This document shows positions 1-13,089 of a stretch of DNA of 64,000 nucleotides, piece after piece. Source of the DNA: Octopus sinensis (lineage: Eukaryota); NCBI RefSeq assembly GCF_006345805.1, contig NC_043011.1, forward strand, positions 45,210,464-45,274,463, written 5' to 3'. Each line of letters opens with the position of its first letter. The stretch's first letter is position 1. The position numbers and the translations under genes were made by a program. The notes beneath the pieces were generated by a model, which saw only the letters and a list, made by a program, of their open reading frames with translations, was not told the DNA's origin and did not search any database.

Positions 1-120
1 GGCAAAGTCGACCCCGGCAGAATTTGAACACGGAACGTAACGGCTGACGAAATACCGCTAAGTATTTCGTCCAGCGTGCTAACGTTTCTGCCAGCTCACC
101 GCCTTATATATATATATATA

Positions 121-523
121 TCTTTTACTCTTTTACTTGTTTCAGTCATTTTACTGTGGCCATGCTGGAGCACCGCCTTTAGTCGAGCAGATCGACCCCG
201 GGACTTATTCTTTGTAAGCCCAGTACTTATTCTATCGGTCTCTTTTGCCGAACCGCTAAGTGACAGGGACATAAACACACCAGCATCAGTTGTCAAGCAA
301 TGCTAGGGGGACAAACACAGACACACAAACATATACACACACATACACACATATATACGACAGGCTTCTTTCTTTCAGTTTCCGTCTACCAAATCTACTC
401 ACAAGGCATTGGTCGGCCCAGGGCTATAGCAGAAGACACTTGCCCAAGATGCCACGCAGTGGGACTGAACCCGGAACCATGTGGTTGGTAAACAAGCTAC
501 TTACCACACAGCCACTCCTGCGT
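121..523 (-). mobile_element. SINE family A (tRNA-like head, internal (TA/TG)n, (AAAAGAGT)n-like tail)
   Basis: Near-identical ~400-bp copies at about 3145-3555(+), 3712-4138(-), 10099-10635(+), 16184-16581(+), 17734-18122(+), 22262-22611(+), 38301-38694(+), 40466-40842(-), 43365-43735(+), 51779-52189(-) and 59662-60045(+). Head GTGGCTGTGTGGT...GGTTCAGTCCC (A/B-box like); CORE-like GCACCTTGGGCAAGT. Confidence 0.85.
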
Positions 524-984
524 ATATGGATATATATATATATATATGTATGTATGTATGTATATATATATATATATATATTCGGCATGTATATATATAT
601 ATAAACATGTGTACACACACACACACACACACACATGCACAATATGGTTGTATTAAATGTCTGCCTGACAGATTTTATGGAAACAATTATTCCTTTCATG
701 CTGCAATGCGTCAAGAATTTCTTAACTGATTTTAGTGAGTTGGGCGGGGCTGTGGTTGTATGTGCATATATATAAACACACACATGCATACACACATACA
801 TATGTATGTATGTACACACACGCTTGCACGTAAATGTGTTTTGTATAAACATGTATAAACAGACATACATGCATTTATATGCACATGAATGTTTACATGT
901 GTATATACACAATAGCACTTAATTTTTCACAATGCTTCATGGTTCTTCATAGTCATGACTAATTATTATTATCTTGCACTGATC

Positions 985-1770
985 CAGTCCACCTAGCCGT
1001 AAATAGATACCACGTGGTAGGTGCAGTCCACCCAGTTGTAAACTGGCACCATGTGGGGGTACACAGTGCACCCAGCTGTAAATGGTTTCCAAGTGGACCT
1101 AGCTATAACTCTGTACCTCGTGGTACATACAATCCACCTAGTCCTTGATATGTACCATGCAGCAAGTACAGTCCACTTTGTTGTCAGTAAATACCATGTG
1201 GTAAGTGCAGTTCACCTAGATCTTAATAGGTGCCATCTGGTACGTACAATCTACCTAGCTGTATATAAGTACCATGTTGGAGATATATATTTCTTTACTG
1301 CCCACAAGGGGCTAAACATAGAGGGGACAAACAAGGACAGACAAAGGGAGTAAGTCGATTACATCGACTCCAGTGTGAAACTGGTACTTTATTTATCGAC
1401 CCCGAAAGGATGAAAAGTAAAGTCGACCTCGGCGGAATTTGAACTCAGAACGTAACGACAGATGAAATACCACAAAGCATTTCGCCTGGCGCGCTAACGT
1501 TTCTGCCAGCTCGCCGCCTATATTGGAGATATAATCCACCTAGCTTTAAATAGGTACCATGTGGTTTGTACAGCTCACATAGCTGTAAATAAGTACCGTG
1601 TGGAGGTACAGAGGACCTAACTGTAAATAAATACCATGTGGTACATACTGTCCATCAGTACATGCCATGTGGTATATACTGTCCATCTAGCCATCAGTAC
1701 ATGCCATGTGGTAGATGCAGTCCACGTAGCTGTAGAAAGGTATCATGTTGGCAGGTGCAATACACTTATA
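985..1770 (+). repeat. Degenerate minisatellite, ~38-39-bp unit (CAGTCCACCTAGCTGTAAATAGGTACCATGTGGTAGGTA)
   Basis: More than 10 head-to-tail diverged units; interrupted by a SINE at about 1288-1522. Confidence 0.8.
1288..1522 (-). mobile_element. SINE family B (GCCTTTCATCCTTTCGGGGTCGATAAATTAAGTACCAG body; MetaSINE-like from recall)
   Basis: Flanked by the 11-bp direct repeat TTGGAGATATA (1277-1287, 1523-1533). Many further copies, e.g. 1-103, 4965-5175, 6020-6228, 6710-6922, 17360-17570, 29090-29300, 33495-33702, 38862-39290, 45452-46055, 62340-62505. Confidence 0.8.
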
Positions 1771-1915
1771 TCTCTGTTCCTGTCAGTGGTATTTCTCAAT
1801 TAATCAATCTCCTACCCTCTTGGGACAGCCAGGCTTGTATTTTGTATAACTTTCTTTGAAGTCTTATTATGACGACAAAATGGCTTAGATATTGAATTAT
1901 AGATAATATAAGGAC

Positions 1916-2250
1916 CAGGGCTGCCGTTGCACCATTATCAGACCCCTTGTCAAATCAATGCAGTGGGCCCATACATAGATTAGAATAGGGCCGCTAGACC
2001 TGTGGAACTCCTAGGCAAATAAATGCAGTGGGCCCTATAATGTTTATTCATTGACAGCAAGCCACAGCATATATAGATCACAATTGGGTCCCTATATCTT
2101 GTGAGGCCCCTAGACAAATTAATGCAGTGGGCCTTATAGTATTTATTAATTTACAGCAAGCCACAACATACACAGATCACAATTGTGTCCCTAGATCTTG
2201 TGAGGCCCTTGAGCTACTGCTCAGTGTGCCCTTGCTTTAAGATGACACTG
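1916..2250. mobile_element. hAT-type MITE with internal tandem duplication
   Basis: Begins CAGGG and ends CACTG. 8-bp TSD ATAAGGAC/ATAGGGAC (1 mismatch). Internal ~115-bp direct repeats containing GCAGTGGGCCC. Confidence 0.65.
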
Positions 2251-2543
2251 ATAGGGACATGCCCATAGCTTGTCTGGTGAAGCTTTTGCTGTTTAGCCCT
2301 TGGTTAGTTATGATCATGTTGACCTATGATCAAAGTTGTTTCAGTCATGGCAATCTTGTCATTATTCTTTCTTATTTCACATTGAACAACATTGTTACCA
2401 TGTCCTTCATTTGTTATGATGGTAATGTGTCATTTGAGGGAATTTAGCTACTATGTCTTCTAAGATTAATGGCCATACACAACAGAATTTTTGTTAATTC
2501 AGTGTGTCTGTGTGTGTGTATCTGTATTGTATTAGTTGTTTTG

Positions 2544-2587
<44 letters not shown>

Positions 2588-3026
2588 TTTATATAAATAT
2601 ATATATATATATATATGTGTGTGTGTATATATAAACTGTCTATATACAACTATACTGCTAAATATATTTACACACATCCCCATATATATACATGCATACA
2701 TGAGTGTGCGTGTGTGTATGAATATAAACCAGGCTGTCACTGTCATCAAGTTTGAGCTGGTATCAGCATGTACCATCCTATCACTAATGATTTTAGTTGC
2801 CCATGGGGTGGCAAGGAGCCATAGGCACAATCTTGCCCTCCCACACACATCTTTGTACCAGCAAGTCACCCAAGATGTGACATTTAGAGAGAATGACACA
2901 GGTAGAAGCATCAGGCTGGTACTGTATTTATTGACCCTGAAAAGATAAAAGGTAAACATGACCTCAGTTGGATTTGAACTTATGTCACACAAGTTTGACT
3001 AAAACCATCACTCTGCCAATCTCTGC

Positions 3027-3063
<37 letters not shown>

Positions 3064-3144
3064 ACAATGTTATCAACTATTACTCTTATCAAATAGGTTA
3101 ATAAATAAATATATATATATATATATATAATATATATTAATATA

Positions 3145-3555
3145 GGTGCAGAGTGGCTGTGTGGTAAGTAGCTTGCTAACCAACCACATGGTTCCGGGTT
3201 CAGTCCCACTGCGTGGCATCTGGGCAAGTGTCTTCTGCTATAGCCCCATGCCGACCAATGCCTTGTGAGTGGAATTGTTAGATAGAAACTGAAAGAAGCC
3301 TGTCGTATATATGTATATGTATATATGTGTATGTGTGTGTGTTTGTGTGTGTGTGTTTGTCCTCCTAGCATTGCTTGACAGCTGATGCTGGTGTGTTTAC
3401 GTCCCCGTCACTTAGCGGTTCAGCAAAAGAGACCAATAGAATAAGTACTGACTGGGCTTACAAAGAATAAGTCCCGGGGTCGATTTGTTCAACTAAAGGT
3501 GGTGCTCCAGCATGGCCACAGTCAAATGACTGAAACAAGTAAAAGAGTAAAAGAG
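3145..3555 (+). mobile_element. SINE family A copy
   Basis: Full-length match to the family consensus. Confidence 0.85.
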
Positions 3556-3711
3556 TATACAGTTTATCAAAATATAAATTAGGAATGGAGACGAGATGTG
3601 TCATTTGTTTGTACAAAATAATAAAATTGAATTGAATTTATCATTTAATGATTAAATTATTAATTGTTCAATTTATTATTTTGGTTTCCATTTCTAATTT
3701 ATATATATATA

Positions 3712-4136
3712 TACTCTCTTTTACTCTTTTACTTGTTTCAGTCATTTGACTGCGGCCATGCTGGAGCACCGCCTTTAGTCAAGCAAATCAACCCCGGGAC
3801 TTATTCTTTGTAAGCCCAGTACTTATTCTATCGGTCTCATTTTGCTGAACCGCTAAGTGACGGGGACGTAAACACACCAGCATCGGTTGTCAAGCAATGG
3901 TGGGGGGACAAACTCAGACACACAAACATATACACACACATACATATATAATATATATATATATATACATATATACGACAGGCTTCTTTCAGTTTCTATC
4001 TACCAAATTCACTCACAAGGCATTGGTCTGCCCGAGGCTATAGCAGAAGACACTTGCCCAAGATGCCACGCAGTGGGACTGAACCCGGAACCATATGGTT
4101 GATAAGCAAGCTACTTACCACACAGCCACTCCTGCG

Positions 4137-4138
<2 letters not shown>
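3712..4138 (-). mobile_element. SINE family A copy
   Basis: Full-length match in reverse orientation, tail-to-tail with 3145-3555. Confidence 0.85.
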
Positions 4139-4175
<37 letters not shown>

Positions 4176-4180
4176 TTATA

Positions 4181-4430
4181 TATTGAGAATAACAAAGTTG
4201 TGAGATTACATATATAATTTTATTTACATTTTTAGCAATTTCTTCCGTTATTGGAGTTATCAAAAAAGTGGTTTACAGTCAGTTTGCTTTGCCTTTTTAT
4301 ATAAAAGGGCAAAGCAAACTGATTGTAAAGCAATTTTTTTGATAAATCTGATAACGGAAGTAAATTCTAAAAATGTAAATGAAAATATATATAATCGTCC
4401 AACATTCTGACTACCTTGTTATTCTCAATA
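4181..4430. repeat. Imperfect 250-bp palindrome with no spacer
   Basis: TATTGAGAATAACAA...CAGTTTGCTTTGCCTTTTTAT|ATAAAAGGGCAAAGCAAACTG...TTGTTATTCTCAATA; centre at 4300/4301. Confidence 0.85.
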
Positions 4431-4927
4431 GACACTATCTGTACATCACTTCAGAAACCCCTCTTTCTCTCTCTCTCTTTCTATATATGTATATAATATA
4501 TTAATAAATAAAACATATGCATATATATATACATATATGTACGTACCTACCTCTACATGTATATATACACGCATATATGAGTACAGGACACCAAAAAAAA
4601 CGTTGAACACAATGAGAAACGAAAACATAGACACAAACCCAAGGAACTGGACATTTTTCTTAAACAACAAAATATATTTATATATATATATATCCACACA
4701 CACATATATGCAAAGACATGCATACACACACACACACATGAACACACCCAGATGCAAACGTATATATATATATATATATAATATATATATATATAATATA
4801 TATATATGTATGTATATATGTATGTACAGATAGTGTGTTGTGGGTTTTTTTAGCTGTACTAACAGTCCTGACCAACCAATATGATAGAATTCAATAAATT
4901 GAATTCCTACACTGAAAAATATAATAA

Positions 4928-4959
<32 letters not shown>

Positions 4960-5173
4960 GTTTCAAATGTTTCCACTAGGGCAGCAACTTTTGGCAGAGG
5001 GGTCTAGTCGATTACATCAACCCCAGTGTTTCGCTGGTACTTAATTTATTGACCCTGAAAGAATGAAAGGTAAAGTCAACCATGGCGAAATTTGAACTCA
5101 GAACATAGTGATGGGCGAAATACTGCTAAGCATTTTGTCCAGCATGATAGTGATTCTGCCAGCTTGCTGCCTC

Positions 5174-5208
<35 letters not shown>

Positions 5209-5431
5209 TGATGATGATGATAGTTTAAAATGTTGGCAGTTTTAGGGGATGAGGGCAATTCATATACACCCAATCAGTACTTGACAGGCACTTATTTTAT
5301 TGACACCCCCCCCCCGAAAAGATGAAAGGTGAAGCCGATCTAGGCAGAGTTCAAACTTAGAATGTAATACACTGGAAGAAATCCTGCTATGCATTTTGTT
5401 TGGCATGGTAACAAATCTACTAGCTTCCTTG

Positions 5432-5468
<37 letters not shown>

Positions 5469-5473
5469 TATTA

Positions 5474-5825
5474 ATAACAAGGGCTCTTGGAGAGTGCAAA
5501 CCTCTGCCAAGGCAACACCAACATCCTCTCAATGATTTGCTGGAGATGATTTTTTAAAATGAGAATATCTAAAATAAACTCGACTGCTCTCACAAACGAG
5601 AGTACTAAAAATGAACCTGACTGCTATCAAAAATTAAGTAAAAAAATCCAGAATCCTTGTCTTGTACCAGACTGATCCCAAAATCTATTCAGTTTGTGCC
5701 AGTCACGAGGCCGAACATCCCCAAAAGTTTCATCCAAATCCATCCAGTGGTTCTTGACATGAACAAACAAACAAACAAACATGACTGAAAACAATACCTC
5801 CGCCTTCACTAAGGTGGAGGTAGTA
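5474..5825 (+). mobile_element. Probable Helentron/DINE-1-like non-autonomous element
   Basis: Subterminal ACCTCTGCCAAGG, internal (AAAC)n, 3' hairpin ACCTCCGCCTT..AAGGTGGAGGT. Confidence 0.5.
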
Positions 5826-7023
5826 ATTCTTTTGACTATAGCAGTGGTTCTCAAATTTTTTCGGGTTGCCCCTCCCTTGACACCTAGGTCCCAACTAAGC
5901 GTCATAGATACAGGCTTCTTTCTGAAGTAATTCAAAGCAAATGTATTTCACAAATAAAACTTAACTTAATGGATCCATTATTTTGTTGATTTTAAATGAG
6001 TCACTACCCCATTATTGCCCTACTATAGGCATGAGGCCTGAAATTTTGTGGGAGGGGACCAGTTGATTACATTGACTCCAGTGCATAACTGGTACTTAAT
6101 TTATCAACCCTGAAATGATGAAAGACAAAGTCGACCCTGGTGGCATTTGAAATCAGAATGTGAAGATAGACAAAATACCGCAAAGCATTTCACCTGGTGC
6201 GCTAACGATTCTGTTAGCTCACCACCTTAACAATAATAATAATAATAATAATAATAATAATTAATAGTAGTAGTAGAAGCAGCAGCAGTATACCTCCAAT
6301 CTCACCCCAATATTCTGCATGTAAATAGCAAAAAATGATAAGTAAATCAAGCAAAAACATATGTTAGCTACGTTCATTAGTTGCACAGTAATGATAGGAC
6401 TTTCAAGTGTATATATCTATATAATTTAGCTTCCTAATTGGCTGAATCAATAACGAGGAATTATTATTATCATTATTATTTTTTTTATATGCAGCCCCCA
6501 CCCCCCACTCTTTATATCTGTCTTTGTATTGTCCCCCTCTTCCTCCACCCTGGTGGCAATAAAAGAAATCATTATTATTATTATTAATATTACTATTCAG
6601 GTCTTGTGCTTTTAGTGGAAAGGATTAATAGTAGTAGTAGTAGTAGTAGTAGTAGTAGCAGCAGCAGTAGCAGTAGTTGTAGTAGTAGTAGTAGTAGTAG
6701 TAGTAGTAAGGTGGTGAGCTGGTAGAATTGTTAGTACCCTGGGTGAAACGCTTAGCAGCATTTTGTCTGTCTTTACATTCTGAGTTCAAATTCCACCAAG
6801 GTTGACTTTGCCTTTCATTCCTTAGGAATCGATAAAATAAGTACCAGTCGAGTACTGGGGTCAATTTAATTGACTTACACTCTCCCCTGAAATTGCTGGC
6901 CTTGTACCAAAATTCAAAACCATTACTATCATTATTATTATTGCAACAATCATACTTTCATTATGTATCTTCACTGTGTGTGTGTGTGTTTGTGTATATA
7001 TATGTATATATACATATGTGTAT

Positions 7024-7058
<35 letters not shown>

Positions 7059-7699
7059 CACACACACATATACGTATGGGCATGTGTGTGTGTGTATATG
7101 TATATATATATACATATGTATATATATATATACACACACACACACATATACATATGTGTGTGTGGCTATGTGGTAAGTAGCTTGCTTCCCAAACACATGG
7201 CTCTGGTTTCAGTCCCACTACATGTCACGTTGGGCAAGCATCTTCTTCTAAAGCCCCCAAGACAGATCAAAGCTTTGTGAGTTGATTTGGTATATAGAAA
7301 CGGAAATAAGCCTGTTGTATATATACATATATAATCTATGTGTGTGTGTGTGTTTGTGTTTCTTCGCTGCCACAAGTTGACAACCGGTATTGGTGTGTTT
7401 ATGTCCTTGTCACTAAGCACTTCATCCAAACAGCCTGATAAAATAAGTACTGAGCTTTAAAAAAAATAAATCTAAGTATTGGTGCTTGATTCATCCAACT
7501 AAAGATTTAAGGTGGTGCCCCAGCATGGCTGCACACTAATGACTGAAACAAACAAAAGGTGTATGGAGGTATGTGTATAAACACACACACACACACACAC
7601 AGCTACATATTTAGGGATATCTCTCATACTCATGTGACATCAGAGATGTCATAAGTATCTCTGTGATGACACTGGACTGTTATGAGAGGGGAGGCTGGT

Positions 7700-8069
7700 A
7701 TGTGTGTGTTTGTCTGTGTGCATATATATATGTGTGTGTGTGTGTATGTGTGTGTATGTATATATATATATATATGTGTGTATATGTATGTCAATATGTA
7801 TGTGTGTGCGCGTATGTATATGTATGTGCACATATGTGTGTGTATGTATATGTACATATGTATATACATATATGTGTATGTATATGTATGTATGTATATA
7901 CATATGTGTGTATGTATATGTACGTATGTATATATATATATGTATGTGTATGTATATCTATGTATGTGTATATATATGTATATGTATGTATGTAGATGTA
8001 TGTATATATAAGTGTGTGTATGCATATGTATGTATCTGTATATATATATGTATGTGTGTATGTATATAC

Positions 8070-8119
<50 letters not shown>

Positions 8120-8245
8120 TTATGTATGTATGTGTATACGTATGTATATGTATATGTATGTATATATACATGCATATATGTATGTATAAATACTTATACA
8201 TATATGTATGTATGTATATATACATATAGGTATGTGTATATATAT
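7700..8245. repeat. Compound (TA)n/(TG)n/(TATG)n microsatellite
   Basis: Read directly. Similar arrays at 9520-9696, 33708-34172 and 52695-53177. Confidence 0.95.
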
Positions 8246-8247
8246 GT

Positions 8248-9520
8248 AATCAAAATAAGCAACAGGATATCACGAGGTGATGCAGTACAACCGTTTCAAG
8301 TGGCTCCATTTAATTGAACAATGCAATCATTACATCAAAGGGCTATCTTTAGCTGCATAAATATATAAATAGAATTTTTTAATCAGTTGGACACATTAAT
8401 ATAATTTCACACAAATTCTCTAATAGAGCAAGAAGAGGGAGAAAGTCCATGTTGCTACTAATGTCACTCAGAATATACTACACCTCTAAGAACTGTATGA
8501 AGTTTGTTAGGGTCAAGATTGTAAAGGACTGTGGTTCCCTTTTAATCTATTAGTCTTTTTTTTATTAACTACCAAATCTAAGGCTAAGGACAGTGACTGT
8601 TTAGGATGGATAGACAGTGAGTTGACAGTTTATAGTTGGATATGGTCATAAATATTGTCAGGATTTAGAAAATACGCAACTGTCTATAAAAGAAGCTGAA
8701 TAGGGAAAGACCCTAAATCAAGATGTTAATTACTAGTTAAAGGGGCAAGAAGCTAATAAAACCAATGATGTTAATACAGAGGAAATTATCATGGAGTACA
8801 ATGGACGATTGTATATATACAATATTGTTATGTTGTATGAAGATAAAATTTAAGATTACTAAAAATGCTATTATAACCAGAATAGCTAAACTGTGTGTAT
8901 ATATCAATTTTCAAAATTAGAAAGGGAAGATTGCATAGAATTAGATTAATATTCATACCTGTATTTAATTATCTACTTATAAGGTGGTTTCTATAAAGAT
9001 TGCACTGGGTATTTACTTATAGACAGATATTTTCTGAATCCTGACAATATTTATTACCATACCCAACTATAAACTGTCAACTCACTCTGTCTATCCATTC
9101 TAAACAGACACTTTCCTCTGGCCTTAGATTTGGTAGTTAATAAAAAAAGATTAATAAATTAAAAGTGAGCCACAATCATTTACAAGTTATGACCCTAACA
9201 AACTTCATACAGTTCTTAGAAGTGTAGTATATTCTGAGTGACATTAGTAGCAACAGGGACTTTCTCCATCTTTTTGCTCTATTACAGAATTTGAATAAAA
9301 AATTCTATTTATTTATTTTGCAGTTGAATATAGCCCTGAATAAATTGAATAAATTAATTAATTTAATGATTGTATTTTTCAATTAAATGGAGCCGCTTGA
9401 AACGGTCATACTGCATCACCTCTGGATATCCTGTTGCTTATTTTGATTTTATTCACCTTACTCGGATAATACCGCACTAACTTGGTGCTTAAGAACCTAA
9501 TTCAGCTGAATCTCAATTAT
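8248..9520. mobile_element. Long inverted-repeat element (Penelope-like pseudo-LTR arrangement inferred)
   Basis: Arms 8248-8689 and 9017-9448, ~330-bp spacer; the right side continues ~70 bp past the inverted repeat. Degenerate hammerhead-like motif in both arms. Confidence 0.65.
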
Positions 9521-9531
9521 TTATATATGTG

Positions 9532-9563
<32 letters not shown>

Positions 9564-9571
9564 CATATATA

Positions 9572-9698
<127 letters not shown>

Positions 9699-10924
9699 GG
9701 GAAAAAATAGTACTTGAATATCAGAGGTAGAGTAATATGCTTTATTATTATTGGTGTTAGGAAGGGCATCCAGCTGAAATAAACCTTGCCAAAGCAGTTA
9801 CAGAAGTCTGGTGCAGGCTTCTGCCTGCCTTGCAGAGCTCTTGTGAAACTGTCCCACCCATGCCAGCATGGAAGGCGGATGTTAAACAATGATGATGATG
9901 ATGATATATATGTATGTATTTGTGTGCTTGTGTCTTTGTATGTTACCCACCCCACTACCATTGCTTGATGACCAATGTTGGTGTGCATACACAAACAAAT
10001 TTGTGATTATAATTATTTAATGAAGAGAAATTGGAAAAATAATAGCATTAATAGTTCAGATTTATTAAATTACGGTTGAATAACCTTTGCAATATTGTAG
10101 GCGTAGGAGTGGCTCTGTGGTAAGTAGCTTGCTTACGAACCTTGGGCAAGTGTCTTCTACTATAGCATCAGGCCAACCAAAGCCTTGTGAGTGGATTTGG
10201 TAGACGGAAACGGAAAGAAGCCTACCCACTACACTCACGGAGTGGTTGGCGTTAGGAAGGGCATCCAGCCGTAGAAACACTGCCAGATCAGACTGGGCCT
10301 GATGCAGCCTTCTGGCTTCACAGACCCCAGTTGAACCATCCAACCCATGCTAGCATGGAAAGCGGACGCTAAATGATGATGATGATATGTATGTATGTAT
10401 GTATGTATGTGTGTGTATATGTTTGTGTGTCTGTGTTTGTCCTCCCCGTCAACATCACTTGACAACCGATGCTGGTGCATTTACGTCCCCATGACTTAGC
10501 AGTTCAGCAACAGATACAGATAGAATAAGTACTAGGCTTACAAAGAATAAGTCCTGGGGTCGACTTGTTCGACTAAAGGCGGTGCTCCAGCATGGCCACA
10601 GTCAAACGACTGAAACAAGTAAAAGAGTAAAAGAATAAAAACCGAAATTTATGATGAATGTGGTGGAAAATGTAGGAATTAGTCAATGATTTAGTTTTAA
10701 TGCTTTGGAATGTAGAATTTAAATTTGAAATAATACAAATATATTTAGGTTATCTGAAATAATAAAATAACAGAGTTTTAAGGAAATACCTAGATTGATG
10801 AAGATTAAAAATATTATGAAATGTTGTTGTTACTGTTGATGAGTACCAGATCAAAGCTAAATGACTAAGACCTATGATCAAAAATGTTCCAGCCAGGACC
10901 ATCCGGTCATTCAGTCATCAAGGT

Positions 10925-11270
10925 AGATACATAGATATTGCAAAACTAGACAGATACCCATCATATATAAAACAGCACAGCTCCCATGACTTCAGGAAAC
11001 ATTTTTTCACGCTGAGAGTTGCTGAAGCATGGAACAAACTGCCGGCATCGGTTGTTAGTTGTCGGAGCACTGCATCCTTCAAAACTTCCATGCTTCCTGA
11101 GATTCGCCAACACTACACTTGATTTTCTCCCCTCCATACACACACAAGCATGTATCTGACTCATACATTGTTCGCTTTCCAGACATTTCTACATTACTGC
11201 ATGTACTTTATATGCACTTTCTGACAAGTTGTGGTGCACCTGAGCACTGTATACAATAATTTCATTATTT
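10925..11270 (+). mobile_element. CR1-group LINE 3' fragment
   Basis: Peptide RKHFFTLRVAEAWNKLPASVVSCRSTASFK matches the CR1 ORF2 C-terminal pattern R..FF..RV...WN.LP..VV......FK, then a 3'UTR with an (ATT)n tail. A related 3' end lies on the minus strand at about 15575-15700. Confidence 0.8.
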
Positions 11271-11584
11271 TTTATTTTTATATATATATATATATAATTA
11301 TTATTTCTAAATCTCTGAATGAGAGACGTTCTTGCCAACATAATGTGGCAGTTCTAGTTAGGACTGTACGACGCACTATCTGCATGTTTATATTTTTGAA
11401 CAAGGGAGTTTTTGTCCTGAGTGGGGATGCTAAACTCCCTTGTTCAAAATATAAGGACGCAGAAAGTATATTGAATATCCAGCTAGAGACGATGTTTCCT
11501 GGGGCTAAATAACAATAATAATCGTTCTAATCAGGACTGCAACATAATGTTAGCAAATAATCTTTACTCTCTCTCTCTCTCTCT

Positions 11585-12266
11585 CTCTTTATATATTTAT
11601 ATATATAAAACTGTAGTTGTGTGAGTGTCTGTCTCCTTCAATTTAGATTCCTAACTCCTCCCACATTTTGCGGTGCAGTTTAACCAAAAGCGGGTATCTT
11701 ATAGTCGTGATTCATATCGAGCCCGTCTGACTATTAGCGCGCGTCAACGATGAGTCTACGATTTTCAAAATAATTTAACATCATTTTTTATTCCATTTTA
11801 ATGCATAATTTTTCGTGTGTCGATGGCGGCGGAGTTGGCGTCCATGGTCATACCTGCACCTGTTTGCTTCACCCCCTTCTTCCCTCCCTCGCGAAGCTGT
11901 GGGGAAGGGAGTTTAAGGAAATCAACGTCGTAAAGCGTTGTCAAGGAGACCAGCGTTCTTTTAGAACAACAACTTCATGGCTTGAAGACACCAAAACAGA
12001 AATGGCTAAGAAAGCGTCTACGATGAGTCTACGATTTAAAAAAAAATTTACCATCATTTTTTCGATTTTAATGCATTTTTTCGCTATTATATAAGGGAAG
12101 TAACTCTCTAAAAATGTCTACGATGAGTCAACGATTTAAAAAAAAAATTACCATCATTTTTTATTCCATTTTTAATGCATTTTTTTGCTATTTTTTATAA
12201 CTCTCTAAAAATGCTTATATAGTTATTTCCCTTACAAACCCGAGCAACGCCGGGCGATACTGCTAG
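11585..12266 (+). mobile_element. Non-autonomous Helitron
   Basis: 5' TC, 3' hairpin CCCG-AGCAACGC-CGGG then CTAG|T, internal tandem subrepeats (CGATGAGTCTACGATTT). Second copy at 44210-44592. Confidence 0.8.
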
Positions 12267-12715
12267 TATATATATATATATATTTCAAAATCATCAGAAA
12301 AGTCATTTCTATCCACTTTTTCAAATATATAATACTGTACCATGGACTTTCTATATTCTATTCTACTATATATATATATATATATATCAAATGAAATAAA
12401 ATGAAAAACAGGACACAAAGGATGTTGCGGTAGATATGTTTTGAGCTTTATAGAAAAACTTATTCTTACATCAATGCATAATCGATGCATTGATATATAT
12501 ATATATATATATAGGGAGAGTTTACGAAAAAAACAAAAGACGAAGACAGGTGGTGTACAAAACAAACAGACGTATTAGTATAACGCTCAGGAATAGAAAA
12601 AGTCTTTTATGTTTCGAGCCTACGCTCTTCTACAAAAAGGGACACAGAAAAAACAAGAAGAGAAACAAGGAGATAAAAATGTGTGTAGTGGCTAACGATC
12701 TATCATGGCATCTGA

Positions 12716-12773
<58 letters not shown>

Positions 12774-13041
12774 GATGTTAGTTGCTTGCGGTCCAAGAAA
12801 GTGTAATCTGCAATTTCTTGTTGAACAAATGATTTGTTTATAGTGATCAAATGTATGTGTTAAGCATTGGCTCGTTCCTTGCATCAAGTCAACTGCACAT
12901 CATATGTCAAAGTAATTTCAGAGCGACATGAGATTGAAGAGTTTTGCTCAAGAACACAACACATCACCTGATCCAGGAATTGAAACCACGATCTCATTAT
13001 TATGTGTGCAACACCCTAACAACCTGGCCATGTGCCCTCAC

Positions 13042-13077
<36 letters not shown>

Positions 13078-13089
13078 ATATATACACGT

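Noticed and set aside
290-604. Recurrent ORFs '[29 protein letters not shown]' suggesting a multigene family
   Set aside because: Antisense reading of SINE family A; frames and stops vary between copies.
985-1770. CRISPR-like regular repeats
   Set aside because: Units are contiguous and degenerate with no unique spacers, there are no cas genes, and the context is eukaryotic; this is a minisatellite.
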